A stretch of 58,529 nucleotides of DNA, filler included, from Sphacelaria rigidula (taxonomy: Eukaryota), in the NCBI GenBank assembly GCA_964200075.2. It is 9 parts of 9 records of this genome, joined end to end, with 100 filler letters (N's around TTAATTAATTAA, not from the genome) between each part and the next. Parts side by side here need not be neighbours in the genome. Positions count along the whole stretch, not along the records: positions 13,031 to 19,445 come from CAXNAA020020210.1; positions 19,546 to 25,959 come from CAXNAA020020211.1; 7 more parts are not named here. One strand, 5' to 3'. Of the stretch, positions 13,130 to 25,605 are shown in pieces. The notes below the pieces were generated by a model, which saw only the letters and a list, made by a program, of their open reading frames with translations, had not been told where the DNA came from and made no database searches. Made by a program: the position numbers and the translations under genes. How positions within the stretch are numbered: position 1 is the stretch's first letter; every line of letters begins with the position of its first letter.

Positions 13130-13879
13130 GTTGATAGGGCTGTATGGAAAAAAAATCACGAAAGGGCAGGCTGGAATAAGGTGGGATGGAGAAGTCGAGA
13201 AAGTATGGAAGGGGATAGGAGGAAACCAAGACGAAATACTGTCCTTGAGTGAACATGCGGGGTAAGAGGCAAAAGTAAGAGACATGTTTCAAATAAGGGG
13301 AGGAGAAGCGCTCAGACGCAAAGTAGACGAGGAAGAACACCTGAGGATATACGGGGGGTTGAGAGAGTGGATAGGGATGAAAACATATCTGCATGGCCCA
13401 ATGGACGCCGCGAAAAATCTGAAACTGCGATTTCGACTTGAGGACCTGGACCTGCCGGAAATAATCAAGAGATATACTAGTAGTCGAGTGGAGGAGGGAG
13501 TAGATGCACGGAATTGCCCCTGTGGCAAAACAATAGGGAGCAGAGCTCACATAGTGTCAGAATATGGACTATACAAGGAGGAACGGGACGTGCTAGAGAG
13601 GGAAGTGCAAGACGTGGACGAAGGTGGCATGGAATCGTTTGATGCACTAGGCAGTAGCGAGAAAACTAAGGCTACACTAGGAGACAAATGGCGGCCACAG
13701 ACGGGGAAACGGGACCGGGATAAGATATGTAGATTGCTTTTTTTTTGTAGTGTACGGAAGAAACGTCATGAGCCCCGAGATGTTGGAGGTTTCTCCATCA
13801 GGAGTACGAACGGTGCTCCGTCTCGAAACAGATGCGCGGTCAACGGTCGAACGATGAAGGCAAGCAATTATATGAGTAC
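13130..13879 (+). mobile_element. 5'-truncated LINE (family B), ORF2 C-terminus with CCHC-like motif and 3' end ATGAGTAC
   Basis: Homologous to 19272-19445. The ORF contains NCPCGKTIGSRAHIVSEYGLYKEER. It is flanked by an imperfect direct repeat CCCC(T)GAACCA(A/G)CCCCA (about 13113-13128 and 13883-13899). Confidence 0.85.
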
Positions 13880-14877
13880 GTCCCCCTGAACCAGCCCCAC
13901 AACTGCCATCAAGGAAACGGCTATACAGCGCATGATAGCTGGTTTCAAACTGCACGAAGCGCCTCATATGGGCGGCATTGGCAAAAGCGATCCCAAACGT
14001 AGAAGGTTCCTGCTGCTCGGTGTGCTCTACTTTTGGTATTATGATTCACATCAAGATTTTTCCTCCGCTAGCAAGCCATGTTTGAGGGGGGCTGGGGGTG
14101 TGCTATCGCGGTATCATTCGGTACAAGTTTCACCCTCTGGTGCCCGATGTCCGACAACATGACAGCAAGAAGGGAACAAAAATGAACAAGACAAGGGCAT
14201 GACGAGCTGCGGGACGGCTTATACACTCCTCGACGATGATAGGTTTGCATTTGTTAGCGCAAGTATACAGGCCGCGGGAGAGCAGGATTGATCATTAATC
14301 GTTGCGACCGACGTGAAGGCGTGGGGGAGGTGCAGGCACAAGTACGACAAATCCAGCGGTAAGTAAGAAACACAACACCTCGTCGGGCGCTGAGCATTCT
14401 GTGAAGATGTTTCGTGAACTTCCGTGGGCACCGTAGGACGTATCTCTGAATATCGACATCAAGGGTATTTGAAGTACCCTTCACCGGCCGTGGGCGACAT
14501 CTCCAAGTGGCCCCTTCCGGCAGAAGGTTGGCCTAACCCCTTGCCCCCTCATGCTCCCTTCCGTCCCCTCCGGTATGGCTTGGAAGTTGTCCCTTCGATC
14601 TACTCCCTGAATCTTCGAGCAAGTCCCATTCTGCGAGCGATCATTTTCACACTAGACATGCAACAAGCGATACAACCGATTTTGTTTTCCCCCAGAAAAA
14701 CACAAGATGGATACAGACTTCATGTAACAAAGCTGACCGTTTTTCTTTCGCATATTGCCCTTTCCTTTTCCTTATTCTCTGTATTTTTTCTTTCCTTCAT
14801 TTTTTCTTGTATTTCCATTTTCCTTTTCCTCTTTCTCTACATTTTTCTTCTTTTTCCCGCTTTTGTTGGTTTTCTTC

Positions 14878-15420
14878 GCTACTATAACACAACCCAAAGA
14901 CAGACATGAAATGAAAAGCTGACCATCATTCTTCTTCAACCGACCGTGGCACAGCCCGGAAAAAGACGTGATTGAAAAAAAGCCAACCATCCGTTATCTT
15001 TAACCTAACACAGCACAGCCCGGACATGGACATGGAATGAAGAACCTAACCATCCTCTATCTTTATCTACCGTGACACGGCCCGGATATAGACATGAAAT
15101 AAAAAAAGTTGGCCATCATTTTTCTTCAACCTACCATAACACAGCCCGGATATGGACACGAAATAAAAAAGCTAACCATCCTTTTTCTTCAACCTACCAT
15201 AGCACAGCCCGGACGAAGCCAAGAAATAAAAAAAGCCAACCATCCTTTTTCTTTGATCTACCATAACACAGCCCGGACAGAGACATGAAATACAGAAGCT
15301 GGCCATCCTTTTTCTTTCACCTACCAAAACTCAGCCCGGAAATAGACATGAACTGAAGAAGCTCACCGTCCTTTTTCTTTAACCTACGATGACACAACAC
15401 GGATATCGACGTGAAATAGC
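14878..15420. repeat. Tandem array of about 9 copies of a ~63-bp unit
   Basis: The unit, approximately AACCTACCATAACACAGCCCGGACATAGACATGAAATAAAAAAGCTAACCATCCTTTTTCTTC, recurs with ~63-bp periodicity. Confidence 0.92.
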
Positions 15421-16632
15421 GAGGAAAAACAGCTCTATTTTCCCGAGTCAAAACAGATGTAACCGAGATTCTCCCCCCCACACCGAAACAAAGACACGAC
15501 AGAAATAAAACCAAAACCTGGACGTGTAAATAATAGAGTACAGGTTAACCACCGTTCATGTAAAAGAGAAAATACAAAATGCACAACAAGAATGGATAGT
15601 GTAGGGTCATCACCCCCTGACATTTTAAATTCACATGGAGGTTGGGGTCTCGTGGTAATATAACCGTAAACCCTCACCGCTCTCCGGTAGGCGGTGAAAA
15701 TCTGGTCTGTCATTTTCCTGAAATTTCCGACATCACAAGCAAAAGGCGTCTAACGAAAGGAAAGGGTGAATAATGCGTGACATGAACGTCAAGACCTACG
15801 GCACTCATGGAACAAGCACCTGACCAATGACCGACCACATGATCTACGAGAACGGGCACCAAGCGGTACGTAGACTTCCTGACATCTTGAAGCATAGAAG
15901 CTGGTGCAAAGTGTGGGAGAATCGTCGGCCAAGCTTTCAGCAGCGAAGGTCTACTCGGAAGCATCAGTGGAGTAGCGATCTATGGTGAACCGTACGCGGA
16001 GTGGGAAAAGCGATGTAGGGGACATCCCGATGTGAGTAAGACCTTGTGTTATGCATGTCATCCTTGAACCTTAAACGGTGAGAATGACCGCCCTGGAGGA
16101 GAGTAACCACTACAGCAGCGGGGCAAGAAGATAGAAGATACGATCGTAGGACGCCTGGATGGTTTACCATGAAGATCGCCTGGCACAAACGTGGGGTGCT
16201 TGTGTCAAAGGTGTTGAACTTGGCTTCAAGCTACGAGCCCTATGTTGGAGGCATTATTTAGTGTAGATGAGCCAGCAAAAGAACTGAAAGCCACCAGACC
16301 CCCCACAAGTACTAGGATTGGGGTATCCCAGTACGCTGACTACATCCCACCACAACACTTGAAACGAAGCTGGAGATTCTCTCGAAAGAGATCGGGAGGG
16401 AGACGGTAAGGAAGGGTGGATGGAGCAGTAGAGAGTGGGCGAGTAAAGTACTAGTAGTGCTGGTATTCGGAGTCCGTAGCGATATGACGTGGATAGAGTT
16501 AAGATGGAGGGTATGCATTGCTACTAAACAGCAAATCTAAGACGTAGTGCACGGGTAAACAAAGGGTAAGAAAGGCAGGAAGAGGTGAGTGCCCGGAAGG
16601 GGAAGGGGAGGGGGCATAGCGGCCAGGAGTAA

Positions 16633-19445
16633 ATGGACGAAGATCAAACCGGCAAGGGGAAGAACAATGAAGCAAGAAAATGTAGAAATAAAAACGACGG
16701 AGAGAGGAAAGTAGACAGCACGAGAGTGGATAATGATTCGGAAAGGAAGTTGAGAATAGGATCGTGGAACATGTGTGGGTTCGTCACAGACAAGCGCACA
16801 ATGATAGAGATAGCTCAACAAGTGAGTAAGCGCGATGGGAATCCAAGAGTCATGGGAGAAAGAGGGGGCGGAAATAGGATGCAAAGTTGGAGAGTACGCA
16901 TGGACAGAGAAAAAGCGGGAGGGACAGAACCCCCAGAGCAGGGGAGCAGGGGAAGTAGGATTCTTAGCCAAGAAATACCTGAGTGGAATTATAGAAGTGA
17001 TCGAAGACGCGAAATTCGACGAGGGCATATGGAAAAGGGTACCAGGAGAGCGGTGAACAAAGGACTTCTTCGTAGGGAACATGTATATATGCCCCTAGAA
17101 TCGAAGAGTACAGTGAACGATACAGCGTAGCGTAAATTTGAAGAGATAGCAGCAGATGTACGTAAGTATAAAATGCAAGGAGAAATAATATTGGTGGGGG
17201 TTTTAAATGTAAGTGTTGGAAATACAGGTCAACCGGATGATATCATTGGTCATTGGGCAATACGGGGAAGGAAAGAAGAGCATGGATAGGATGAAAATGC
17301 TGAAGTTTCTTGAGAATAACGAGATACAGACGCTTGACGATGAAGCACAAAAGCCAGAGGCGCAATGGACATGGACTAGAAAATGTCAAGACGAGAGAGA
17401 ACGGTCCGTTCTGGACTATATAGTGGGAGAGCATGGAAATAGTGAAGAAATGGACGTACATGTATGCGCGAAGGACGTGGGAACTAGAGATCATTGCCTA
17501 ATGTGGACGGAAAGCCAACAGTTGAGAGCTAAAATAAATAGGCGGGGTAGGAAGCTGTACAAATGGAGAATCGATACACTGGAAATTGATGAAAAACGGC
17601 AAGAGTTCCAAGAAGAGAGTATGGGAAGGTGTAGTGAATAAAATAAAAAAAGATGTCGATGGCGGGATGAAACAATATGGGTGGGAATGAAAGGGATCAT
17701 GGGAAACCAGGCAAGAAAGATAGACATGGGGATACAATAGCCGCGCTACGGACACAGAACGGTATAATGGTCAGTAGTTCGAAGGGGAAGAGAGAAGTGC
17801 CGGTCGAGCACTACCGTAAACTAGGAACACCAAAATAACCACGGAGTTTGACATAAAAATCGAAAAATAAATCAACGCGTGGTCAGAGGCAAATGTAAAG
17901 GCAACCGGAGGATAGTGGCTCGGAAGAATTGCAGAGAGAACTTACCAGAGATGAAGGAGTGTGTAGCTAAGCTCAAGAAGAGAAACGCAGCAGGGTAGAC
18001 GAAATAGCGAATGAGTTTCTGAAGTACGGGGGAGAGGGAATGGTTACCATGATGGCTATGCTGTACAACTGGATCTGAGAAAACGAGTACACACTCAAGA
18101 GGTGGAGAGAAGGAGTAGTCGTCAATCTTTTCGAAAAAAAGAGACACGACTGACCCAGGAAATTTTGGAGGTATAAAGCTACTGAGCACGGTAGGGAAAA
18201 CAGTCTGTAAGATTCTGAACGATAGAGTAGGAACGATGCTAGGAAATCAGCGAGGGACAAGCATGTTTCAGACCACACCGTACTTGCGTAAACCATGTGT
18301 ACACACCAGGTAAGATTATTCAGGATAGGAAACATTCCGGGCTGACAACGTACTGTTTCTTTCTGGACGTACAAAATGCTTACGACACAGTATGGAGAAA
18401 TGGGCGGTGAAAAAAGTCGTGGGAAACTGGGATCAGAGGAAAGATGCGGAGAATATAGTGAGAAAGATTACAGAATGTGCCAAAGGTGATACGGTGGTAG
18501 GCGGGGAAATATCAAAATATGCTGATATTTTACAAAGAGTCGCACACGGATGTACGTTACCACCCACTTTGTTCGAGGTATCTATATTGATCTGATACTA
18601 GCAATAGAAGCAGCAAAGCAAGGAGTCAAGGTGGGTGAAGATATGGTATCAAGATTGATGGCCGCGGATGATTTTGTAGGGATTTCAGGAACACCAGAAG
18701 GATTACAGAAACACATAGACAAGGGGCTATAATACAATGGGAAATGGAGAGTGAGCCCAAACGTCAACAAATGCGCGGTACTTGTCTGTAACGAAGACGA
18801 TCGAAATCCGGTAGAGTTCAAATTCAAATGGAAGTGGGGAGAAGAGGAACTGCCGATCGTAGACCAGTATACACACCTTGGCGTGGAGAGCTCAAGAAAC
18901 TGTTCTTGGGATGCACACATAAACAAAAGTACTTCGTAATAGAAAAGGGTAAGGCGCAGATAGGTAGAATGGACGTGATCCTCGGAGACTCGAACCTAGA
19001 TAGCAGGATTCAGATATGTATCCTGATGAACGTGGTTGTACCAAAACTGGAATATGCAGGAGAGGTGTGGGAGGAGAACGTGAAGTTGGTGAAGACGTCG
19101 GAGCCAGCACAGATGGCAGCGGATAAGAAGTACTTGGATGCTCGAAACCGACGAGTATACAGCATTGAATGGAGAGTTGGGAATGTACCCACTTGAAACA
19201 AGCAGAGGCATGAGAAAATTGCGATGGCAATATAGCGTTCGAAACATGCAGAGAAAGAGATTCCCAGCTATAGTTGATAGGGCTGTATGGGAGAAAAGTA
19301 CGAAAGGGCAGGCTGGAATGAGGTGGGATAGAGAAGTCCACGACGTATGGAAGGATATAGAAGAAAGCCAAGACAGAATACTGTCCATCGGTGGAGATGC
19401 GGGGTACAAGACAAAAGTAAGAGGCATGATAGAAATAAGGGAGAA
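16633..19445 (+). mobile_element. Degenerate non-LTR retrotransposon ORF2 (APE endonuclease plus reverse transcriptase), family B, possibly RTEX-like
   Basis: APE motifs LRIGSWN, GIQESW, GEVGFL, RSVLDYIV, RDHCL and RT motifs AAGVDEIANEFLKYGG, LLSTVGK, FFLDVQNAYDTVWR, GCTLPPTLF, LMAADDF, YTHLGV, broken by many stops and frameshifts. The clade call is an inference. Confidence 0.9.
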
Positions 19446-20299
19446 NNNNNNNNNNNNNNNNNNNNNNNNNNNNNNNNNNNNNNNNNNNNTTAATTAATTA
19501 ANNNNNNNNNNNNNNNNNNNNNNNNNNNNNNNNNNNNNNNNNNNNGGTATACAGAAAACCGTACCTTACAGAACACAACCTTGCTATATTCAACCATGAA
19601 AATATGTAAGGTTGATTAATATTCCGTCCTCAACGAAATTAGCCGCCTGCTCAGCTCTTCTCCGGTGCAACGTCCTCTTCTTCAAAATGGACCTCCGGAG
19701 GCTCCCATCTGTCCTCACCAGCGTCCATGGCTAGCCCAACCGCCCACCCTCGCCGGTGCCCATGATCCCAAACAATGCCTCCTCTACTTCGTTTCGTGAA
19801 AAAACACTTCCTCCCTCGTGATGCACTCTGGTTCTGGTCTGTAGTAAGCGTGTCTCTCATCGAGGAGGCTCAACCAGACCTAACCCGCCCGTCGACGACC
19901 GCTTCCCCTTCATCCTTGTCGCCGAAACCAGTCTGCACACTGGCACACGCTCCTTTGATCAAAGGTATGTGCGCGCCAGCTTTCGACAGGGGTGTCGTCT
20001 GCCTCCGCGAACACACCGAATCTCATACATGCCCATACTCAGGGCGTTGTCACATATCACATTGCTTGTAACGTGGGATACGCCCGTACTCAGCAGGGTG
20101 TTTTGACATATTCTGCATTACAGCTGCGGTGGGTGTGCCTGATGAGCACCGTGCTGACCCAACTCGAACACCACACTACTGCCTTGAACAAGGGTAGTAG
20201 TAAAAAGGGATCACTCCTTGTAGTAGTGAAAAGGGGTCAGTCCTTGAAGGTGATTTCGGCCCTACACCCGCAGAAACAAATACCCTCCCCACGCCGTAC

Positions 20300-20608
20300 C
20301 GATGGTGAGGCACCCATGAGGCAGTGCATAAGCCATGGCTGTCTCTGGAAGTGGCGTTACCAGAAAATGAAGCAACTCATTGGAAGCTGTCATCCAACTG
20401 CAAGAAAAAAAGTAGGTTTCGGGCCGAACAATCTTAGCAGGATGCAACTCACCCTTCATGCGACTCGCCGAACACACCACAGCGCTTCGCGCCTGGTGAT
20501 TGATTGCGAGCCTGATCCGGCGAAAACCCGGCGTGCTCCGTCCCGGCTTTGTAGGGATGCGAGGTCAATGGTTTTCTGACTATTATGGCATGTATGATCA
20601 TGGGTATA
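20300..20608 (+). mobile_element. Dispersed retroelement 3' fragment (family A). Other copies: 6345-6400(+), 20805-20880(-), 22521-22560(-), 32574-32634(-), 38951-38987(-), 39088-39145(+), 50190-50490(+)
   Basis: The sequence GGCTGTCTCTGGAAGTGGCG...GGGCCGAACAATCTTAGCAGGAT...CCGGCGAAAACCCGGCGTGCTCCGTCC...GGTCAATGGT...GCATGATCATGAGTAC is shared, in whole or part, across five independent contigs. Confidence 0.85.
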
Positions 20609-21089
20609 CGCTGTACCGACACGGTCGGTCGCGGCCTTCGTTGGAGGACGGCGGGGAACGGAGATAGATAGGGTTAAAGCGATATAATGGTGAAACCCAC
20701 TCTCAATCAGCGCTCTGCTCTCAATCTTCTCACGAAAACACTGTTAGAGATTGTTCGCCCCGGGGCGTGTTGATTATCCTGCATATGAATGGTAGCCTCG
20801 AACGAGGTGCTTTATTTTCTGGCATGGCCACTTCCAGAGGCAACCGAGCGCAACACTGCCTCACACGGGTGCCTCATCATTTAAACCCCATTTAGTGCGA
20901 TCATCCCCTTGGTACGAAATTGGGGTTCTCCGCCCCACGCATTATGATCTTCGACAGGGTGGTTCACGCTCATCAATCAACCTAAAATCACCCATCCACC
21001 CGCAGAAGTTCACGTCTGTTAGGCGTTGGGCCGTGAACTTTTGAACAATTCTGCTGTGGGACATTTCGCAACTTCCGCAAGGTCGAATC

Positions 21090-22091
21090 TTTGTACTACC
21101 GCTTCTCGGGGGTCTCAGGGATTTGAGGAAAGCTTGGATCCCGCCGGACCCCCGATTTATCTATTTTGAGCCAAAAAGTACAAATATTTCGTTCATCGAA
21201 CGTTGCGTGATGATCCATAGCAAAAAATGTGCAAAACGTTCAGGGCCTGACTCCTAAAAACGGCGTGAAGCTTTGCCCGTTTGTGTTACGGCGTGAGCTT
21301 GAAAAATGCAAACTATGAACTACTTGTTTTTTGTATAAAAACGTTTTTTTGGATGAAATTACCCTTATAAAGGTAAGAAACACTGTATGAGTTTTCTGAG
21401 TTCTTCCCCCAAACTTTGTACATATGTTCCTTGGACTACCCCGGGACGTATAATTTTATTTTACTTTTTGAGTCATTATGTACCGCTTCCCGGGGCTCTT
21501 CACGTTGGGACCCCCGGAAGCCGGTAGAGAACGAAACAAAATGAAGTACTGTATGGTAAAAAACACAATGTTTTCATTTGGAGCATCAATACGTACGGAA
21601 AGCCAAGTCTGAGGGCGATCTAGGCTTTTTTATGGCAGGTACAAGGGAAACCGCCACGAGGCTCCATGGGTCTTTCGTACGCAGCATCAGTGGAAATTAG
21701 ACGTCGCCAAAATTTCACATCACCAAAACACCATGGTTTCGGGTATACTTCGACCCCATTGTAACGGTTTTAAAATCTGTTTTTTCCTGTTAGGCTCCCG
21801 ATCTGGTGGCGGCTAGTACGATTTGAAAGCATGTGGAGATTGAGTGAAAATTGGACTAGGAATTCGTATTTTCGATTTCAGAACAATTTGAAGGGCGCTG
21901 ATTGGTCGACGTACATTTTCGTTCTTGCACCACCACTATGGACCTAGACAAAAATTCGGCTATGTCATGCTCTTCAGCTGTTGTTCATGGCAATCAGAAT
22001 GATATCATAATATATGCGACTATTGCATAAGTATTGCGAACGGCATTTGCTGATGGCACAATTTTGGGTGATCAGCGTGAACCAGCCTGTA
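21090..22091 (-). mobile_element. ~1-kb non-autonomous DNA transposon-like repeat with terminus TA|CAGGCTGGTTCA
   Basis: Reverse-complement homology to about 47109-48100 on a different contig. Both copies stop at the same TACAGGCTGGTTCA boundary, a Tc1/mariner-like TA-CAG end. The second TIR was not found. Confidence 0.7.
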
Positions 22092-23291
22092 GCTCGACAA
22101 CCATCCTGGTTACCGCAAAAAACAAGCAAGCGAAAACAAAGGTCACCTGGGTGCCTGTCTTATGCAATGATCGCCGTGTTTTACACGTCGTTGCCAACCG
22201 TTTCCAACCCTGAAAAGGGAAAAACCCAGGGGGAGGGGTGCATGGTACCCTAAATTACAGGCTACGGGCACACTCGTTTCACGTTACACATGCATATTTA
22301 TAGAGAGGTTGAAGTGTGGCTTTGTCGGATTGGTGCCAAAGAAGTGGTTCCTCCTGTGACGGCGGTCTCACCTTTTCAGGAGGAGGGGCACGTACGATGA
22401 GAGTAGTGAAATGAACAAGGGTGCAAATCTCAGTCTGGTGGGGGAGGGGAGTGATGAAGGCACCGTGGAGCACCCGCGCCTTCTTCGTTACCAAGGGAAA
22501 CTGCGATGGAGAGGGGGGGGGTACTCATGATCATGCATGCCATAGTCATAAGACCATTGACTGCGATGCGGAGGGGGGGGTACATCAGTTAGAAGGGTGC
22601 CAGCTACTCCCCGCCAACCAACCATCAGATAGCAGTCCCATTACCTGATTTATGTATATGGTCGTACTCTTGTCACTTCTTGATGTCAAAACTTCTCCCC
22701 GCATTTCTTGAGGTATACCTGGAAAATGTTCTGCCACGGTTGTACCTGGAAATTGTCCTGCCACGGTAGGGGTTGCACATTAATTTGGGCCCGAATATCT
22801 CTCATTGAGGGCCCCCTAGGGTTAGGAGCTACATAACAATATAGGTCCGGGGTATTGCCGTTCCAAAATTCATTCGAGAGACCGCCAGCCTATTGGAGTG
22901 CCAATCGTGGCATGCTCTCACATATTTCATTCACTATTTTTGGATGTGCGGTGCCGGGCTCTCCACAGTTTAAAGCTGATGAATACTTTGCGCAACCCTA
23001 CCGTCGTAGGTACAACTTCGGTTGAAACGCCCCATATCACCATCATGCAGACGAACAATTCAAGCAAGCAATCATTTCCAGAAACCTTAGCCCTCACTCT
23101 AACCCTAATTTCGGTCTGGCGCTTGCTGTGCATTTTGTGAAAAACCACCTCATGAGACTATCGCAGGAAGGCCAACTGCTCCATTCATTGCCACGCGAAT
23201 GGCACACCGTAACGACGAAATTAACTCCGCGAAACCTACAGTTCGAGGAACAACGTACCGTCGGAGGAACGGTGGGAAAAGCGGCATCACC

Positions 23292-25311
23292 ATGAACAAT
23301 TACCCATTGGTGAACGCAATCGTGTGGACACTCTTGTTCGCCTCCCTTCAAACGCTGCGCTGCGTCGAGGGAAAGAAGTTTCTCAAAAGAGGTCAAACCT
23401 TCGGCCCCAAGGAGCACATTCGGTTAGCCGATGAAGGGCAGCAACTGGAGCCGTTTAGCCCCGGGTGGGCGGAGCAATACTTTGACGCACCGACCACCCC
23501 GGAGGGAATCACACGAGGCTGCCATCCAGAGTTGGGGAGCTTCGCATGGCGACGCCATGGGCTCGGCAGCAACATCAACAGTGAGTCTGAATGAGCCAAG
23601 CTAGCTGCTTAGCTGTGTAAAGAGATACAATGAGTATCGTGGTAAGCGTGATCTCTAGTAAGATCTTGAAAGTGAGGTGAAGAGCTGATGACCGACAGAA
23701 CTAATACTTTGTTGTCATATTATGAAGGGGCTGTCTGCAAGATGGTCCGGAAACCCAACTCATGTCTAACGTGATATACTATTATGAAGAATCTGCTGAG
23801 CAGCTCAACAAACCGGTATGTATTCCGGTGTTGTCAAGTGTGTTCGCTGGGTATTCCACCCCGCTATGGTACTGGTAGCTTCCCAATGGAGAGAAAAGAC
23901 ACGTACACACGAACCCAGAGTGCACAAAAGAAACCATCCCTCACACATGAGATCTAGCCCTCTTTTCGCCAGAACTGGCTCCCCTGGTGAGAGTACGCTG
24001 ACTCCACTGACCATATCCCTCTCATGCCTCAGCTGCGGGTTGCTGAGTCCCCTTTGACAAAATAGAAAGGGGGGGGTCAGCCATCAGTGGTCGCTTTATC
24101 TACAACAATCCTCCATCCTCTCGATAGCGCATGTTCAAGTGGTCAGTTAACGGATGGAATACGGGAAGAATACACCACGTCAAACACCGGCCCTTCTCTT
24201 CTCGTGGCACCGCGAGCAGATTTCGTGAACGCGTGGGTGTACGCTTTAGCTGTCAAGAAGTGGAGCGGCATGTCCCTCATAGTTAAATCCGACCAACTTC
24301 GTAAGCTGAGCTGCGAGGAAGAGAGCAATGGGCGGGCATCAGGGGGCTGGGAATGCGTTTTCGCTCCCATACCACACCTGTGCAGATTCAACTCCACAGA
24401 GGTGAACGGGTGTCGTCGGTAGTCTATGGAGTAACTTCTGAACATTGACCGACGTCTTCGAATACTAACCCGTTTCAGTGGTTTTGACTGGCCAAGCGGC
24501 TACTTTGCGGGTTGGCCCGTACACCTCGGGAGTCGACGCACTAGCAGAATAAAGAAGGGTAGTCGGCATAAACCAAAACAATGTAGAATTAAACAACTCT
24601 TACGGTTCATGTGCGATGTAGGATGGTCGAAAGAGCCGTGTGGTTTCACACAAGGGATCGGCAGAAGTCACTCTATGAGACACGGGGGAATGACTGCAGA
24701 ATCTCCCTGTCAACGCCAACTACACTGTAAAATATTGCTTCGTGCTTATATATATATATATATATATGCTGTATATAGTGCGGCAGTTTGTTGTTTCAAC
24801 TGACTCAAAGCTACCGTCTCATTAATCAGGCGGTGCGGATACAGTCACTCCCAGGTGTGTGAATCTACCTGGCCGTGCTACGAGTGGGGTACGTCGCTTT
24901 TCTTGCCGGTGTTACTTAGACTTGATATGGGGTATGTGCACAATGTACAATCGAGGCCCGTCGTACGAAATACAAGAGCATATGAAGGCGCATCTTATAC
25001 ACTGAATACTCGCATGTACAAGATACTCGCCCATTTGAACCCAAGGGGTACGCGGTTGCCATGGGCTGGCCACGTGTCAAACTATAACACCAAGACGCTG
25101 TTGACCTGGCTACCCTTCGTGTTGTTCCCCCCTCATGCATTTCCGTGCGCAGCATTGGCAGGATGCTTTGGAAGCTACTCAGGATTTTTCCAAGGAAGAA
25201 ATATCCACGGCGCTTAACACAACTCAGGACGAAATCCGTTCACATCCAGAGCTCATCGAGCAGGCACTGGGCGGTTTGAACGTTGAAATTGATCACGCTG
25301 GCGCGAGTGCG
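23292..25311 (+). CDS. GT23 (FUT8/NodZ-type) alpha-1,6-fucosyltransferase-like protein, 5' part. Exons 23292-23580, 24220-24401, 25153-25311
   Basis: In-phase GT-AG splicing gives an N-terminal hydrophobic segment (LVNAIVWTLLFASL), then HGLGSNINNFVNAWVYAL and GGWECVFAPIPHLC, which resemble FUT8 CG.GCQLHH..YC and GGWETVFRPVSETC. The catalytic VHVRRxD region is not on the contig. Confidence 0.7.
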
Positions 25312-25520
25312 GTAAGAACTCTATCCCGTCTTTGTACACCCGTATGTCTGGTGTATTGCATCTGTGTAGTCCTGAGACAGAGGGGGAGAGTTGGTTGTGT
25401 GTGAACTGCCGAGATCTCGAGAGACCTTGGATATGAATTGATGACTTTCTCTCTTTCTTTCTTTCTTTCTCTCTCTCCGAAAGGTGGAGGGTGCATGCCC
25501 GTGCGCATCGCATCGCATCT

Positions 25521-25521
25521 T

Positions 25522-25568
<47 letters not shown>

Positions 25569-25605
25569 CTCCCTCTCGCTCTCTCGCTCTCTCTTTCTCT
25601 CTCTC
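25521..25605. repeat. (CT)n microsatellite
   Basis: Directly visible. Confidence 0.95.

Noticed and set aside
14878..15420. CRISPR-like array
   Set aside because: The whole unit is conserved with scattered divergence, there are no unique spacers and no cas genes, and the context is eukaryotic.
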